Positions 13,682 to 25,747 are shown, counted from the first letter of the stretch. The stretch: DNA of 64,000 nucleotides from Escherichia coli (GCF_016903815.1 NZ_CP069973.1), one strand, 5' to 3'. The notes: a model not told the origin generated them from the letters alone. Translations and numbers: made by a program.

Positions 13682-13850
13682 TACCCGCAATAAAAATGGC
13701 CGATATCAGAAAATGAATCGGCCAGCAATATTAAAAAAAGAAAGCAGCCAAAGATGTTGCTTCAGTATTAAAAATAATATTTTTATTTTATTTGTTCCTC
13801 ATAGCTAGATTAAAAAGACGTTATTCGATACGTGAAATTAAGAGGGATTT

Positions 13851-15305
13851 ATGGAACATCAGAGAAAACTATTCCAGCAACGCGGCTATAGCGAAGATCT
13901 ATTGCCGAAAACGCAAAGCCAGCGGACCTGGAAAACATTTAACTATTTTACCTTATGGATGGGTTCGGTTCATAACGTTCCCAATTATGTGATGGTCGGC
14001 GGCTTTTTTATTCTCGGCTTGTCTACCTTTAGTATTATGCTGGCAATTATCCTCAGCGCCTTTTTCATTGCCGCGGTAATGGTATTAAACGGTGCTGCGG
14101 GCAGTAAATACGGTGTGCCTTTTGCCATGATCCTGCGTGCTTCTTACGGCGTACGTGGTGCACTGTTTCCCGGATTATTAAGAGGCGGGATTGCTGCCAT
14201 TATGTGGTTTGGCCTGCAATGTTACGCTGGATCGCTGGCCTGCTTGATCCTGATTGGCAAAATCTGGCCGGGATTTTTAACTCTCGGTGGTGATTTTACC
14301 CTGTTAGGGCTTTCTCTACCGGGCTTAATTACTTTCTTACTCTTCTGGCTGGTCAACGTTGGTATAGGTTTTGGCGGTGGCAAAGTTTTAAATAAATTCA
14401 CTGCCATTCTTAACCCGTGCATCTATATCGTTTTCGGCGGTATGGCGATTTGGGCGATTTCGCTGGTCGGGCTCGGTCCAATCTTTGACTACATTCCGAG
14501 CGGTATTCAGAAAGCAGAAAACAGTGGCTTCCTGTTCCTGGTGGTGATTAACGCGGTAGTTGCGGTCTGGGCGGCACCGGCGGTGAGCGCATCCGACTTT
14601 ACGCAAAATGCCCACTCGTTTCGTGAGCAGGCGCTGGGGCAAACGCTCGGTTTAGTTGTGGCCTATATTCTGTTTGCGGTCGCCGGGGTATGTATTATTG
14701 CCGGAGCCAGTATTCACTACGGCGCTGACACCTGGAACGTGCTGGATATTGTTCAGCGTTGGGATAGCCTGTTTGCCTCGTTCTTTGCGGTACTGGTTAT
14801 TCTGATGACGACTATCTCTACTAACGCCACCGGTAATATTATTCCGGCTGGTTATCAGATTGCCGCCATTGCACCGACGAAACTGACCTATAAAAACGGC
14901 GTACTGATTGCCAGTATTATCAGCCTGCTGATCTGCCCGTGGAAATTAATGGAAAATCAGGACAGTATTTATCTGTTCCTCGATATTATCGGCGGGATGC
15001 TGGGTCCGGTAATTGGTGTCATGATGGCGCATTATTTTGTGGTGATGCGTGGGCAAATTAATCTTGATGAACTGTACACCGCACCTGGCGATTATAAATA
15101 TTACGATAACGGTTTTAACCTCACTGCGTTTTCAGTAACTCTGGTGGCCGTTATTTTATCTCTTGGCGGTAAGTTTATTCCCTTTATGGAACCGTTATCT
15201 CGTGTTTCATGGTTTGTCGGCGTCATCGTCGCCTTTGCGGCCTACGCCTTATTAAAGAAACGTACTACAGCAGAAAAAACAGGAGAACAAAAAGTCACAG
15301 GTTAA
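13851..15305 (+). CDS. ybbW: Allantoin permease (NCS1 family transporter)
   Basis: 484-aa multi-helix membrane protein; synteny. Confidence 0.8.
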   Translation: MEHQRKLFQQRGYSEDLLPKTQSQRTWKTFNYFTLWMGSVHNVPNYVMVGGFFILGLSTFSIMLAIILSAFFIAAVMVLNGAAGSKYGVPFAMILRASYGVRGALFPGLLRGGIAAIMWFGLQCYAGSLACLILIGKIWPGFLTLGGDFTLLGLSLPGLITFLLFWLVNVGIGFGGGKVLNKFTAILNPCIYIVFGGMAIWAISLVGLGPIFDYIPSGIQKAENSGFLFLVVINAVVAVWAAPAVSASDFTQNAHSFREQALGQTLGLVVAYILFAVAGVCIIAGASIHYGADTWNVLDIVQRWDSLFASFFAVLVILMTTISTNATGNIIPAGYQIAAIAPTKLTYKNGVLIASIISLLICPWKLMENQDSIYLFLDIIGGMLGPVIGVMMAHYFVVMRGQINLDELYTAPGDYKYYDNGFNLTAFSVTLVAVILSLGGKFIPFMEPLSRVSWFVGVIVAFAAYALLKKRTTAEKTGEQKVTG

Positions 15306-15365
15306 TTAATCCCGATATTGAACATTGAGTTAAAAAACCAATCTGTATTTTACAAGGAGTTTGTT

Positions 15366-16727
15366 ATGTCTTTTGATTTAATCATTAAAAACGGCACTGT
15401 TATTTTAGAAAACGAAGCTCGCGTTGTAGATATCGCCGTTAAAGGCGGAAAAATTGCTGCTATCGGTCAGGATCTGGGCGATGCAAAAGAAGTTATGGAT
15501 GCGTCTGGTCTGGTGGTTTCGCCAGGCATGGTTGATGCGCACACCCATATTTCTGAACCGGGTCGTAGCCACTGGGAAGGTTATGAAACCGGTACTCGCG
15601 CAGCGGCAAAAGGTGGTATCACCACCATGATCGAAATGCCGCTCAACCAGCTGCCTGCAACGGTTGACCGCGCTTCAATTGAACTGAAGTTCGATGCCGC
15701 TAAAGGCAAGCTGACTATCGATGCGGCACAACTCGGTGGCCTGGTGTCTTACAACATCGACCGTCTGCATGAGCTGGATGAAGTGGGCGTTGTCGGCTTC
15801 AAATGCTTCGTCGCAACCTGTGGCGATCGCGGTATCGACAACGACTTCCGTGATGTAAACGACTGGCAGTTCTTCAAAGGTGCGCAGAAGCTGGGCGAAC
15901 TGGGGCAGCCGGTGCTGGTGCACTGCGAAAACGCGCTGATCTGTGATGCACTGGGCGAAGAAGCGAAAAGTGAAGGTCGCGTAACTGCCCATGACTATGT
16001 GGCTTCGCGTCCGGTATTTACCGAAGTGGAAGCGATTCGCCGCGTACTGTACCTGGCGAAAGTTGCCGGTTGCCGTCTGCACATTTGCCATATCAGCAGC
16101 CCGGAAGGCGTTGAGGAAGTGACTCGTGCACGTCAGGAAGGTCAGGACGTTACTTGTGAATCCTGCCCGCATTACTTTGTACTGGATACCGATCAGTTCG
16201 AAGAAATCGGTACTCTGGCAAAGTGTTCACCGCCGATCCGCGATCTGGAAAACCAGAAAGGCATGTGGGAAAAACTGTTTAACGGTGAAATCGACTGCCT
16301 GGTTTCCGACCACTCGCCATGCCCGCCGGAAATGAAAGCCGGCAACATCATGGAAGCATGGGGCGGTATTGCCGGTCTGCAAAACTGTATGGACGTGATG
16401 TTCGATGAAGCGGTACAGAAACGCGGTATGTCTCTGCCGATGTTCGGCAAATTAATGGCGACTAACGCAGCAGATGTTTTCGGTCTGCAGCAAAAAGGCC
16501 GTATCGCCCCAGGAAAAGATGCCGACTTCGTCTTCATTCAGCCGAATAGCAGCTATGTTCTTACCAATGACGATCTGGAATATCGCCACAAAGTCAGCCC
16601 GTATGTTGGCCGTACCATTGGCGCGCGTATCATGAAAACCATCTTACGTGGTGATGTGATTTACGACATTGAACAGGGCTTCCCTGTTGCGCCGAAAGGT
16701 CAATTTATCCTTAAACATCAGCAGTAA
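15366..16727 (+). CDS. allB: Allantoinase (cyclic amidohydrolase)
   Basis: 453-aa product from ATG 15366 preceded by 'aaggag' RBS; metal-binding 'DAHTH' motif. Confidence 0.9.
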   Translation: MSFDLIIKNGTVILENEARVVDIAVKGGKIAAIGQDLGDAKEVMDASGLVVSPGMVDAHTHISEPGRSHWEGYETGTRAAAKGGITTMIEMPLNQLPATVDRASIELKFDAAKGKLTIDAAQLGGLVSYNIDRLHELDEVGVVGFKCFVATCGDRGIDNDFRDVNDWQFFKGAQKLGELGQPVLVHCENALICDALGEEAKSEGRVTAHDYVASRPVFTEVEAIRRVLYLAKVAGCRLHICHISSPEGVEEVTRARQEGQDVTCESCPHYFVLDTDQFEEIGTLAKCSPPIRDLENQKGMWEKLFNGEIDCLVSDHSPCPPEMKAGNIMEAWGGIAGLQNCMDVMFDEAVQKRGMSLPMFGKLMATNAADVFGLQQKGRIAPGKDADFVFIQPNSSYVLTNDDLEYRHKVSPYVGRTIGARIMKTILRGDVIYDIEQGFPVAPKGQFILKHQQ

Positions 16728-16783
16728 TCTGGCCCCTGCAATGCCCGTCCTTGCGGCGGGCATTCTCCGGTTAAGGTGTGTTT

Positions 16784-18085
16784 ATGTTCAATTTTGCAGT
16801 CAGCCGCGAAAGCCTGTTATCAGGATTTCAGTGGTTTTTCTTTATTTTTTGCAACACGGTTGTGGTTCCTCCTACGCTACTTTCTGCTTTTCAGTTGCCG
16901 CAAAGTAGCCTGCTTACGCTCACGCAATATGCTTTTCTTGCTACTGCACTGGCCTGCTTCGCTCAGGCGTTCTGCGGTCATCGTCGCGCTATTATGGAAG
17001 GGCCGGGTGGCCTGTGGTGGGGAACCATCCTTACTATCACCCTTGGCGAAGCATCGCGCGGGACACCGATCAACGATATCGCTACCAGCCTGGCGGTGGG
17101 AATTGCGCTCTCTGGCGTGCTGACGATGTTGATTGGTTTTAGCGGATTAGGTCATCGTCTGGCGCGGTTATTTACGCCGTCGGTGATGGTCTTGTTTATG
17201 TTGATGCTGGGCGCGCAGCTGACCACTATCTTTTTCAAAGGTATGCTCGGGCTGCCGTTTGGCATAGCCGACCCGAATTTTAAAATTCAGTTACCGTCGT
17301 TCGCGCTTTCGGTCGCGGTGATGTGCCTGGTACTGGCGATGATTATCTTTCTGCCGCAACGTTTTGCCCGTTATGGCCTGCTGGTCGGTACGATAACCGG
17401 CTGGTTGTTGTGGTACTTTTGCTTTCCTTCTTCGCATTCGCTCTCCGGTGAGTTGCACTGGCAGTGGTTCCCGCTCGGCAGTGGCGGTGCTTTGTCGCCG
17501 GGGATTATTCTGACGGCGGTGATTACAGGTCTGGTTAATATCAGCAATACCTACGGTGCGATTCGGGGCACGGATGTTTTTTATCCGCAGCAGGGCGCGG
17601 GGAATACGCGTTATCGTCGTAGCTTTGTGGCGACCGGATTTATGACGCTGATAACCGTACCGCTGGCGGTAATTCCATTTTCACCGTTTGTTTCATCCAT
17701 TGGTTTATTAACCCAGACTGGCGATTACACGCGGCGTTCGTTTATTTATGGCAGCGTTATTTGCCTGCTGGTGGCGCTGGTTCCGGCACTCACGCGTCTG
17801 TTTTGCAGTATCCCCTTACCAGTGAGTAGCGCGGTCATGCTGGTTTCTTATCTGCCTTTACTCTTTTCGGCGCTGGTGTTTAGCCAGCAAATAACCTTTA
17901 CCGCTCGCAATATTTATCGACTCGCATTGCCGTTATTTGTCGGCATATTTTTAATGGCATTACCGCCTGTGTATCTGCAAGACCTTCCATTAACGCTTCG
18001 TCCTCTGCTCAGTAACGGCTTACTGGTCGGAATTTTACTGGCTGTTCTTATGGATAATCTTATTCCGTGGGAACGCATCGAATAA
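16784..18085 (+). CDS. ybbY: Putative purine/xanthine-family permease
   Basis: 433-aa polytopic membrane protein; synteny. Confidence 0.75.
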   Translation: MFNFAVSRESLLSGFQWFFFIFCNTVVVPPTLLSAFQLPQSSLLTLTQYAFLATALACFAQAFCGHRRAIMEGPGGLWWGTILTITLGEASRGTPINDIATSLAVGIALSGVLTMLIGFSGLGHRLARLFTPSVMVLFMLMLGAQLTTIFFKGMLGLPFGIADPNFKIQLPSFALSVAVMCLVLAMIIFLPQRFARYGLLVGTITGWLLWYFCFPSSHSLSGELHWQWFPLGSGGALSPGIILTAVITGLVNISNTYGAIRGTDVFYPQQGAGNTRYRRSFVATGFMTLITVPLAVIPFSPFVSSIGLLTQTGDYTRRSFIYGSVICLLVALVPALTRLFCSIPLPVSSAVMLVSYLPLLFSALVFSQQITFTARNIYRLALPLFVGIFLMALPPVYLQDLPLTLRPLLSNGLLVGILLAVLMDNLIPWERIE

Positions 18086-18106
18086 TTTGTTGAAAAAGGA
18101 TTGATA

Positions 18107-19252
18107 ATGAAGATTGTCATTGCGCCAGACTCTTTTAAAGAGAGCTTAAGTGCAGAAAAATGTTGTCAGGCAATTAAAGCTGGGTTTTCGACCGTCTTTC
18201 CCGATGCGCACTATATCTGTTTGCCGATAGCGGATGGCGGCGAAGGAACGGTGGATGCGATGGTCGCCGCGACGGGCGGCAACATTGTGACGCTTGAAGT
18301 CTGTGGGCCGATTGGCGAAAAAGTGAATGCTTTTTATGGTCTTACCGGCGACGGGAAAACGGTGGTGATTGAGATGGCGGCAGCAAGCGGCCTGATGCTA
18401 GTCGCGCCTGAAAAGCGTAATCCGTTGCTGGCGTCAAGTTTTGGCACCGGAGAGCTGATTCGTCATGCGCTGGATAACGGCATTCGCCATATTATTCTCG
18501 GCATTGGCGGCAGTGCGACGGTCGACGGCGGTATGGGCATGGCGCAGGCGCTTGGTGTGCGTTTCCTTGATGCCGACGGTCAGGTGCTGGCGGCTAACGG
18601 CGGCAATTTAGCACGCGTGGCAAGTATTGAGATGGATGAATGCGATCCGCGTCTGGCAAATTGTCATATCGAAGTGGCGTGTGATGTTGATAACCCGCTG
18701 GTGGGGCCACGCGGTGCGGCGGCGGTGTTTGGTCCGCAAAAAGGGGCAACGCCGGAAATGGTCGAAGAGCTGGAACAGGGGCTGCAAAATTTCGCCCGCG
18801 TTTTACAACAGCAAACGGAAATCAACGTCTGCCAGATGGCGGGCGGCGGCGCGGCGGGCGGGATGGGTATTGCGGCGGCGGTATTCCTCAATGCGGATAT
18901 TAAACCGGGTATTGAGATTGTACTGCGGGCAGTCAACCTGGAGCAGGCGGTGCAGGGTGCAGCGCTGGTGATCACCGGGGAAGGGCGCATCGACTCGCAA
19001 ACGGCAGGTGGTAAAGCGCCGCTGGGCGTGGCGTCGGTGGCGAAGCAGTTTAATGTCCCGGTGATTGGGATTGCTGGCGTATTGGGTGATGGCGTGGAAG
19101 TGGTGCACCAGTACGGCATTGACGCGGTGTTCAGCATTTTGCCACGTCTGGCACCTTTAGCCGAAGTGCTCGCCAGCGGTGAAACCAATCTCTTCAACAG
19201 CGCACGAAATATTGCCTGCGCCATTAAAATAGGTCAGGGAATTAAAAACTGA
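18107..19252 (+). CDS. glxK: Glycerate kinase II
   Basis: 381-aa product from '[11 protein letters not shown]'; synteny. Confidence 0.85.
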   Translation: MKIVIAPDSFKESLSAEKCCQAIKAGFSTVFPDAHYICLPIADGGEGTVDAMVAATGGNIVTLEVCGPIGEKVNAFYGLTGDGKTVVIEMAAASGLMLVAPEKRNPLLASSFGTGELIRHALDNGIRHIILGIGGSATVDGGMGMAQALGVRFLDADGQVLAANGGNLARVASIEMDECDPRLANCHIEVACDVDNPLVGPRGAAAVFGPQKGATPEMVEELEQGLQNFARVLQQQTEINVCQMAGGGAAGGMGIAAAVFLNADIKPGIEIVLRAVNLEQAVQGAALVITGEGRIDSQTAGGKAPLGVASVAKQFNVPVIGIAGVLGDGVEVVHQYGIDAVFSILPRLAPLAEVLASGETNLFNSARNIACAIKIGQGIKN

Positions 19253-19267
19253 CTCTTGCCATTAGAG

Positions 19268-19297
19268 CGGATGCATTTTATCCCGCATCCGTTTTTT
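19268..19297 (+). terminator. Rho-independent terminator after glxK
   Basis: Stem 'cggatgc'/'gcatccg' followed by a T6 tract. Confidence 0.65.
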
Positions 19298-19381
19298 ACC
19301 TGAATTTACCGCAAAAAAAGCCACGGTATAAACCGTGGCAAAATCCAACATAGCTAAAAATAATCAGGCGAGTGGTATGAC

Positions 19382-20167
19382 TTAAATCTCTACGTCGCGG
19401 TTGCAATCTTTTGAGTAAATATAACTAAACGCTTCACCACGCCCTACGCCATAACCGGCCTGTAAGGAATAAGCGCCCATAAAGATGTAATCGCCTTTTT
19501 TCACCGGGATCCAGTTATTGTCGAGGTTATAAACCCCCTGACCGGAAAGAATATAGGCACCGTGTTCCTGGACGTGAGTTTCGATATAACCGTGGCTGGC
19601 ACCTGGCGCAAAAGAGAGGATATGCATGTTCATATCAAAACCTAACTCTTTGGGCAGAAAATCCAGCAGAATAACATCGTCCATGCCTTCATAATGAATG
19701 CGTTCGAGTTCGCTGGCATTGCCAGAAACTAGCCACGGCGCATGACCTTCTACCGGAACATAGCGACGCTTATATAAAAAGATTTGGCTGTCTTCGGCCT
19801 GGGCGTTAACAAACGTCATTAAGGAGCCTGGTGGGCAATAAAGATAGCCACCTTCGCTTAAGGCAAATGTTTTATCTTCGGCTTTGGCAGTGATATTTCC
19901 AGAGATCACATACAGGAACGTTTCAATGCCTTCGCCCCCGAAGCCCTGTTGGTTGCCACCGTTTTGATGCAGTGTGACCAGATAATCAACAAAAGAGGCC
20001 CCCAGCTTTGGCGTGGAGAGGATTGTCGCGTCACAATTTTCAAAGCCAGGAATAATATTTTTTACCAGACCATCCGGGGTTAACAGCGCGAAATTACCGT
20101 GTTTAACAATCGCACGGTTAGCCAGTAAATCATCGCGGTAACCGGTGACGTTATTTAAATATCCCAT
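19382..20167 (-). CDS. allE: (S)-ureidoglycine aminohydrolase (cupin)
   Basis: 261-aa ORF; synteny (ylbA position). Confidence 0.8.
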   Translation of the reverse strand: MGYLNNVTGYRDDLLANRAIVKHGNFALLTPDGLVKNIIPGFENCDATILSTPKLGASFVDYLVTLHQNGGNQQGFGGEGIETFLYVISGNITAKAEDKTFALSEGGYLYCPPGSLMTFVNAQAEDSQIFLYKRRYVPVEGHAPWLVSGNASELERIHYEGMDDVILLDFLPKELGFDMNMHILSFAPGASHGYIETHVQEHGAYILSGQGVYNLDNNWIPVKKGDYIFMGAYSLQAGYGVGRGEAFSYIYSKDCNRDVEI

Positions 20168-20177
20168 TTATAACTCC

Positions 20178-21413
20178 TTATTTCTTCCAGGCAAGTTGAT
20201 AAAGCATGAGTGCCAACGTTTTGACCCCTTCGGCAAGGTCGGTAATATTGGTGCGTTCCGCCGGGTTATGGCTGATCCCGTTGATGCTGGGAATGAAAAT
20301 CATGCAGGTCGGCACGCGCGGCGCGAAAATTTGTGCGTCGTGCCCGGCACCACTGTGCATCACCCGGTAATTCAGTTTTTCGCTTTCACACAATTCTGTC
20401 AGGGTGGTGACCAGGTCCTTATTCATCGGCACGGGTTCTTCGTCCATCCATAAATCGATATCAATACCAATGTCCATTTCATCGCAAATCGCCCGCATGT
20501 CGTTTTCTAACTGTTGGGTGAAATCGCGCAGCACGGCAGCATCGGTATGGCGACAATCAATGGTGAACGTGGTTTTACCCGGCACCACATTCACCGTATT
20601 CGGGCGCGGCTCTACTTTGCCAAAGGTCAGAACCAGCGGATCGCCCATCTTTTTCGCTTTTTCGACAGACTGATGGCAAATGCGACTGAAAGCGTAAACC
20701 GTATCACGACGATAACCCATCGGCGTGGTGCCTGCATGGTTTGATTCGCCATTCAGCGTCACCGTATAACGACGCTGCCCGACAATTGCATTCACCACGC
20801 CAATTGACTGCCCATTACTTTCCAGCACACAGCCCTGTTCGATATGCAGTTCGACAAAGGCTTTAATATCCTGACGCGGAGTTAGTGGGGCGTTCGGCAG
20901 AGTAAATCCGCAAGCCTTCATCGCATCGACAAAACTATTTCCTTTGGCATCACAGATATTCCGCACGTCGTCAGGATTCGCCAGCCCAAAGATATTTTTA
21001 CTGCCCCAGAAGACATACGGGAAGCGGCTGCCTTCTTCTTCTGCCATCGCCACCACTTCGACCGTACGTAACGGCGCGCCGTATTGCGTTTTCAACCAGT
21101 CAATTGCCAGCCACGCCGCCAGCGCGCCGAATTGCCCGTCGAGGTTACCGCCGTTAACCACGGTATCGATATGCGAACCGCTCAGAACCACTTCTTGTGG
21201 ATATTCGGTGCCACTCAGGCGACCATATAAATTCCCCACTTCATCGAAACGTGTTTCCAGCCCGCTTGCTGCCATTCTTTTTTTAAATTGCTGCTGAGTT
21301 TCCAGCCATTCCGGCGAATAAAGTAAACGGGTCATCCCACCCGTTGGGTCAGCGCCAAAAGAGGAAAGCCAGGGCAGCGTTTCTTCTATGGCTTGACGAA
21401 AATGTGTAATCAT
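20178..21413 (-). CDS. allC: Allantoate amidohydrolase (M20 peptidase family)
   Basis: 411-aa product from 'MITHFRQAIEETLP...'; synteny. Confidence 0.85.
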   Translation of the reverse strand: MITHFRQAIEETLPWLSSFGADPTGGMTRLLYSPEWLETQQQFKKRMAASGLETRFDEVGNLYGRLSGTEYPQEVVLSGSHIDTVVNGGNLDGQFGALAAWLAIDWLKTQYGAPLRTVEVVAMAEEEGSRFPYVFWGSKNIFGLANPDDVRNICDAKGNSFVDAMKACGFTLPNAPLTPRQDIKAFVELHIEQGCVLESNGQSIGVVNAIVGQRRYTVTLNGESNHAGTTPMGYRRDTVYAFSRICHQSVEKAKKMGDPLVLTFGKVEPRPNTVNVVPGKTTFTIDCRHTDAAVLRDFTQQLENDMRAICDEMDIGIDIDLWMDEEPVPMNKDLVTTLTELCESEKLNYRVMHSGAGHDAQIFAPRVPTCMIFIPSINGISHNPAERTNITDLAEGVKTLALMLYQLAWKK

Positions 21414-21434
21414 AAGAAAGTCCTGTCTCAATAA

Positions 21435-22484
21435 TTATTGCGCAAAGGGATTTTTCGTTTCGTATGACGTGTTATAAAGCGCGTCGGAAATTAAATACTG
21501 GTAAATATCATCAACAATTTCGATGCCTTCGACGGCGGCTTTGCGTTGTTTAATATCCTGATCCTGTCCGGGATAATAAACCTGGTTAAAACCGGGCGCG
21601 GGGGTTATGGCATTTAATTCGCGCATGGTCTGGCTAAGATGTTGACGGAATAGTTCGCTGGAGGAGAAAAAGTTCGGATTAATAACGATATGTAATTGCC
21701 CCAAATTACGCCCGGCGTGTAAATCGTCATACATCGAACTAACCTGTCGCCCGAACGGTAAGCCGAGTAAGACGCCTGAGAGGACGTCAATCATCATCAT
21801 CAGGCCATACCCTTTCGGCCCGGCGGCGGGGAGCAGAGCATGTACCGCGAACGGATCGGTTGTTGGTGCTCCGTTTTTATCGACCGCCTAGGTATCCGGG
21901 ATAGACATATTACGCGAGCGGGCGTCGAGCACTTTTCCCCATGCCTGTACGGTAGTCGCCATATCAAAGGTAAGGATCTCGTCGCCTTCTCCCGGCGCGG
22001 CAAAGGCCAGTGGGTTAGTACCGTAGTAAATTTCCGCGCCGCCAAACGGCACCACCATTGGATCGGACTGGCACATCGAAATGCCAATTAATCCGGCGCG
22101 GGCTGCCTGCTGCACAAAATAAGAGATTGCGCCGCTGTGACCCATCCGGCTGATACCGACCACCGCAACGCCATTTTGCTGGGCGGTTTTGATGGCATGT
22201 TCCATACCCATTTTCGCCGCGACCTGTCCGGCGGCATTGTCAGCATGTAAAATTGCTGAACATGGCCCGGTTTCTTCAAGACGAAACTCCGGTTCGCGGT
22301 TGGTGCCGCCTTTTGAAATGCGTTCCGCGTAGTATTCCACGCGCACCGCGCCATGAGAGTGGATCCCTCTGGCATCGGCGTAAACCAATACTTCAGCCAC
22401 GGTTGCAGCGTGCTCACGTTTTAACCCAGCCTGGCAGAGTTTATTCTCGATTAGCTGGTGGAGTGTTTCCCGACTGATTTTCAT
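21435..22484 (-). pseudogene. allD: Ureidoglycolate dehydrogenase interrupted by a single in-frame TAG at 21888-21890 (codon 199 of 349)
   Basis: ORFs 21888..22484 (198 aa) and 21435..21800 (121 aa) are in the same frame; the span is exactly 350 codons; sequence around the stop reads '...SIPDT*AVDKNG...'. Confidence 0.85.
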
Positions 22485-22800
22485 CTGTCTTCCTTTTTAA
22501 CGACGGTGTGAAGCATGACTGCAATTAACATACAGGGAAAATATCTGGATTATGTGATCCAGACAGGCAAAAAAATATAGTTAGAATTTATTTGATAATC
22601 CGCTCGCTTTTAACCTGGTTTTTAAAACAACCACGCTTATTAAAAAATAACACGTAATAGCCTGGCGGTTATTTGAATTCTTTTGTTAATAATCCCTGTG
22701 TGATATTCATCACCTTATTTACTCGTTGTCATCGATACCGTAATCGCCACATTAACACTGCTCGTGCAATTGCCATGGGTGCAATTTTTAAGGAGTTGTT

Positions 22801-24468
22801 ATGATCCACGCCTTTATTAAAAAAGGGTGTTTTCAGGATTCGGTCAGTTTAATGATTATTTCACGAAAACTCAGCGAATCAGAAAATGTTGATGATGTTT
22901 CCGTAATGATGGGTACGCCCGCCAATAAAGCGTTATTAGAGACCACAGGTTTCTGGCATGACGATTTTAATAACGCCACGCCGAACGATATTTGCGTGGC
23001 AATTCGTAGCGAAGCGGCGGATGCGGGGATCGCGCAGGCGATTATGCAACAGCTTGAAGAGGCGCTAAAACAACTGGCGCAGGGTTCAGGCAGCAGCCAG
23101 GCGTTGACGCAGGTGCGTCGCTGGGACAGTGCCTGTCAGAAATTACCCGATGCCAGTCTGGCGCTGATTTCAGTGGCTGGCGAGTATGCGGCGGAACTGG
23201 CGAATCAGGCGCTGGATCGCAACCTCAACGTGATGATGTTCTCCGATAACGTCACGCTGGAAGATGAAATCCAGCTCAAAACCCGCGCACGCGATAAAGG
23301 CTTGCTGGTGATGGGGCCGGACTGCGGTACGTCGATGATTGCCGCCACGCCGCTGGCTTTTGCTAACGTGATGCCGGAAGGCAACATTGGCGTCATTGGC
23401 GCTTCCGGTACCGGGATTCAGGAGCTGTGTTCGCAGATTGCGCTGGCAGGTGAGGGAATTACCCACGCGATTGGTCTTGGCGGGCGCGACCTCAGCCGTG
23501 AAGTGGGCGGCATCAGTGCGCTAACGGCGCTGGAAATGCTCAGTGCAGACGAGAAAAGCGAAGTGCTGGCATTTGTTTCAAAACCACCTGCCGAAGCTGT
23601 GCGTCTGAAAATTGTTAATGCCATGAAAGCAACTGGCAAACCGACGGTGGCGCTGTTTTTAGGTTATACCCCGGCGGTAGCCCGCGACGAGAATGTCTGG
23701 TTTGCCTCCTCGCTGGATGAGGCCGCACGCCTGGCTTGCCTGCTTTCACGCGTTACGGCGCGACGTAACGCAATAGCGCCTGTCAGCAGCGGATTTATTT
23801 GCGGTTTGTATACCGGCGGTACGCTGGCCGCTGAAGCGGCGGGATTACTTGCCGGACACCTTGGCGTGGAAGCCGACGATACCCATCAACATGGCATGAT
23901 GCTCGACGCCGACGGACATCAGATCCTCGACCTGGGCGATGATTTTTACACCGTCGGGCGTCCCCATCCGATGATCGACCCGACCTTACGCAACCTGTTA
24001 ATTGCCGATCTCGGCGCTAAACCGCAAGTGCGCGTGTTGCTGCTTGATGTCGTGATTGGCTTCGGTGCGACCGCCGATCCTGCCGCCTCGCTGGTGAGCG
24101 CCTGGCAAAAAGCCTGTGCCGCGCGTTCTGACAGCCAACCGCTGTACGCCATTGCCACGGTGACAGGTACCGAACGTGACCCGCAATGCCGCTCGCAGCA
24201 AATCGCCACGCTGGAAGATGCGGGGATCGCGGTTGTGAGTTCGCTGCCGGAAGCCACCTTGCTGGCGGCAGCGTTAATTCATCCGCTCTCGCCTGCCACA
24301 CAGCAACACACACCGTCATTACTGGAAAACGTCGCCGTGATTAACATCGGATTACGCAGCTTTGCGCTGGAGCTACAAAGCGCCAGCAAACCGGTTGTGC
24401 ATTACCAATGGTCGCCAGTCGCCGGCGGCAATAAAAAACTGGCTCGTTTATTAGAACGTTTGCAATAA
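22801..24468 (+). CDS. fdrA: FdrA protein (acyl-CoA synthetase-like)
   Basis: 555-aa ORF; synteny. Confidence 0.8.
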   Translation: MIHAFIKKGCFQDSVSLMIISRKLSESENVDDVSVMMGTPANKALLETTGFWHDDFNNATPNDICVAIRSEAADAGIAQAIMQQLEEALKQLAQGSGSSQALTQVRRWDSACQKLPDASLALISVAGEYAAELANQALDRNLNVMMFSDNVTLEDEIQLKTRARDKGLLVMGPDCGTSMIAATPLAFANVMPEGNIGVIGASGTGIQELCSQIALAGEGITHAIGLGGRDLSREVGGISALTALEMLSADEKSEVLAFVSKPPAEAVRLKIVNAMKATGKPTVALFLGYTPAVARDENVWFASSLDEAARLACLLSRVTARRNAIAPVSSGFICGLYTGGTLAAEAAGLLAGHLGVEADDTHQHGMMLDADGHQILDLGDDFYTVGRPHPMIDPTLRNLLIADLGAKPQVRVLLLDVVIGFGATADPAASLVSAWQKACAARSDSQPLYAIATVTGTERDPQCRSQQIATLEDAGIAVVSSLPEATLLAAALIHPLSPATQQHTPSLLENVAVINIGLRSFALELQSASKPVVHYQWSPVAGGNKKLARLLERLQ

Positions 24469-24477
24469 GGGGTTTCC

Positions 24478-25737
24478 ATGTTTACATCAGTGGCGCAAGC
24501 CAATGCTGCGGTTATCGAACAAATTCGTCGCGCTCGTCCACACTGGCTGGATGTGCAACCGGCTTCTTCACTTATCAGCGAACTAAACAAGGGCAAAACA
24601 CTGCTTCACGCCGGGCCGCCAATGCGCTGGCAGGAGATGACCGGACCCATGAAAGGGGCGTGCGTGGGCGCATGTCTGTTCGAAGGCTGGGCGAAAGATG
24701 AGGCGCAGGCGCTGGCAATACTGGAGCAGGGGGAAGTGAACTTCATTCCTTGTCACCATGTGAATGCCGTCGGGCCAATGGGCGGCATTACTTCTGCCAG
24801 TATGCCGATGCTGGTGGTCGAGAACGTGACCGACGGCAACCGGGCGTACTGCAACCTCAACGAAGGTATCGGCAAAGTGATGCGTTTTGGCGCTTACGGC
24901 GAAGATGTCCTGACTCGCCATCGCTGGATGCGCGATGTGTTAATGCCAGTATTAAGTGCGGCGCTGGGGCGCATGGAGCGCGGTATCGATCTCACGGCGA
25001 TGATGGCGCAGGGCATTACCATGGGCGATGAGTTTCATCAACGCAATATTGCTTCCTCTGCACTGTTAATGCGTGCGCTGGCCCCACAAATTGCTCGCCT
25101 CGATCATGATAAACAACACATCGCGGAAGTGATGGATTTCCTCAGCGTGACCGATCAGTTCTTCCTTAACCTCGCGATGGCTTACTGCAAGGCGGCGATG
25201 GATGCTGGTGCGATGATCCGTGCAGGCAGCATCGTCACGGCTATGACCCGCAACGGCAATATGTTCGGGATTCGGGTCAGCGGGCTGGGCGAACGCTGGT
25301 TTACTGCGCCTGTAAACACTCCCCAAGGTCTGTTTTTCACCGGCTTCTCGCAGGAGCAGGCGAACCCGGATATGGGCGATAGCGCAATTACCGAAACCTT
25401 TGGTATCGGAGGTGCGGCAATGATCGCAGCGCCTGGCGTAACGCGCTTTGTCGGTGCGGGTGGCATGGAAGCGGCCAGAACCGTTTCTGAAGAGATGGCG
25501 GAAATTTACCTTGAGCGCAATATGCAGTTGCAGATCCCCGGCTGGGATTTCCAGGGCGCGTGCCTGGGACTGGACATTCGTCGCGTGGTAGAAACCGGCA
25601 TTACGCCACTCATCAATACCGGTATCGCCCATAAAGAGGCGGGGATCGGGCAGATTGGCGCAGGCACTGTGCGGGCACCGTTGGCCTGCTTTGAACAGGC
25701 GCTGGAAGCACTGGCTGAAAGCATGGGGATTGGTTGA
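24478..25737 (+). CDS. ylbE: DUF1116 protein YlbE, intact here
   Basis: 419-aa continuous ORF; synteny. Confidence 0.75.
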   Translation: MFTSVAQANAAVIEQIRRARPHWLDVQPASSLISELNKGKTLLHAGPPMRWQEMTGPMKGACVGACLFEGWAKDEAQALAILEQGEVNFIPCHHVNAVGPMGGITSASMPMLVVENVTDGNRAYCNLNEGIGKVMRFGAYGEDVLTRHRWMRDVLMPVLSAALGRMERGIDLTAMMAQGITMGDEFHQRNIASSALLMRALAPQIARLDHDKQHIAEVMDFLSVTDQFFLNLAMAYCKAAMDAGAMIRAGSIVTAMTRNGNMFGIRVSGLGERWFTAPVNTPQGLFFTGFSQEQANPDMGDSAITETFGIGGAAMIAAPGVTRFVGAGGMEAARTVSEEMAEIYLERNMQLQIPGWDFQGACLGLDIRRVVETGITPLINTGIAHKEAGIGQIGAGTVRAPLACFEQALEALAESMGIG

Positions 25738-25747
25738 GGAACGCGCA

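Noticed and set aside
15318-15365. Longer allB start (469 aa) from the ORF track
   Set aside because: The ATG at 15366 is preceded by a strong 'aaggag' RBS and gives the 453-aa allantoinase; the upstream extension is AT-rich leader.
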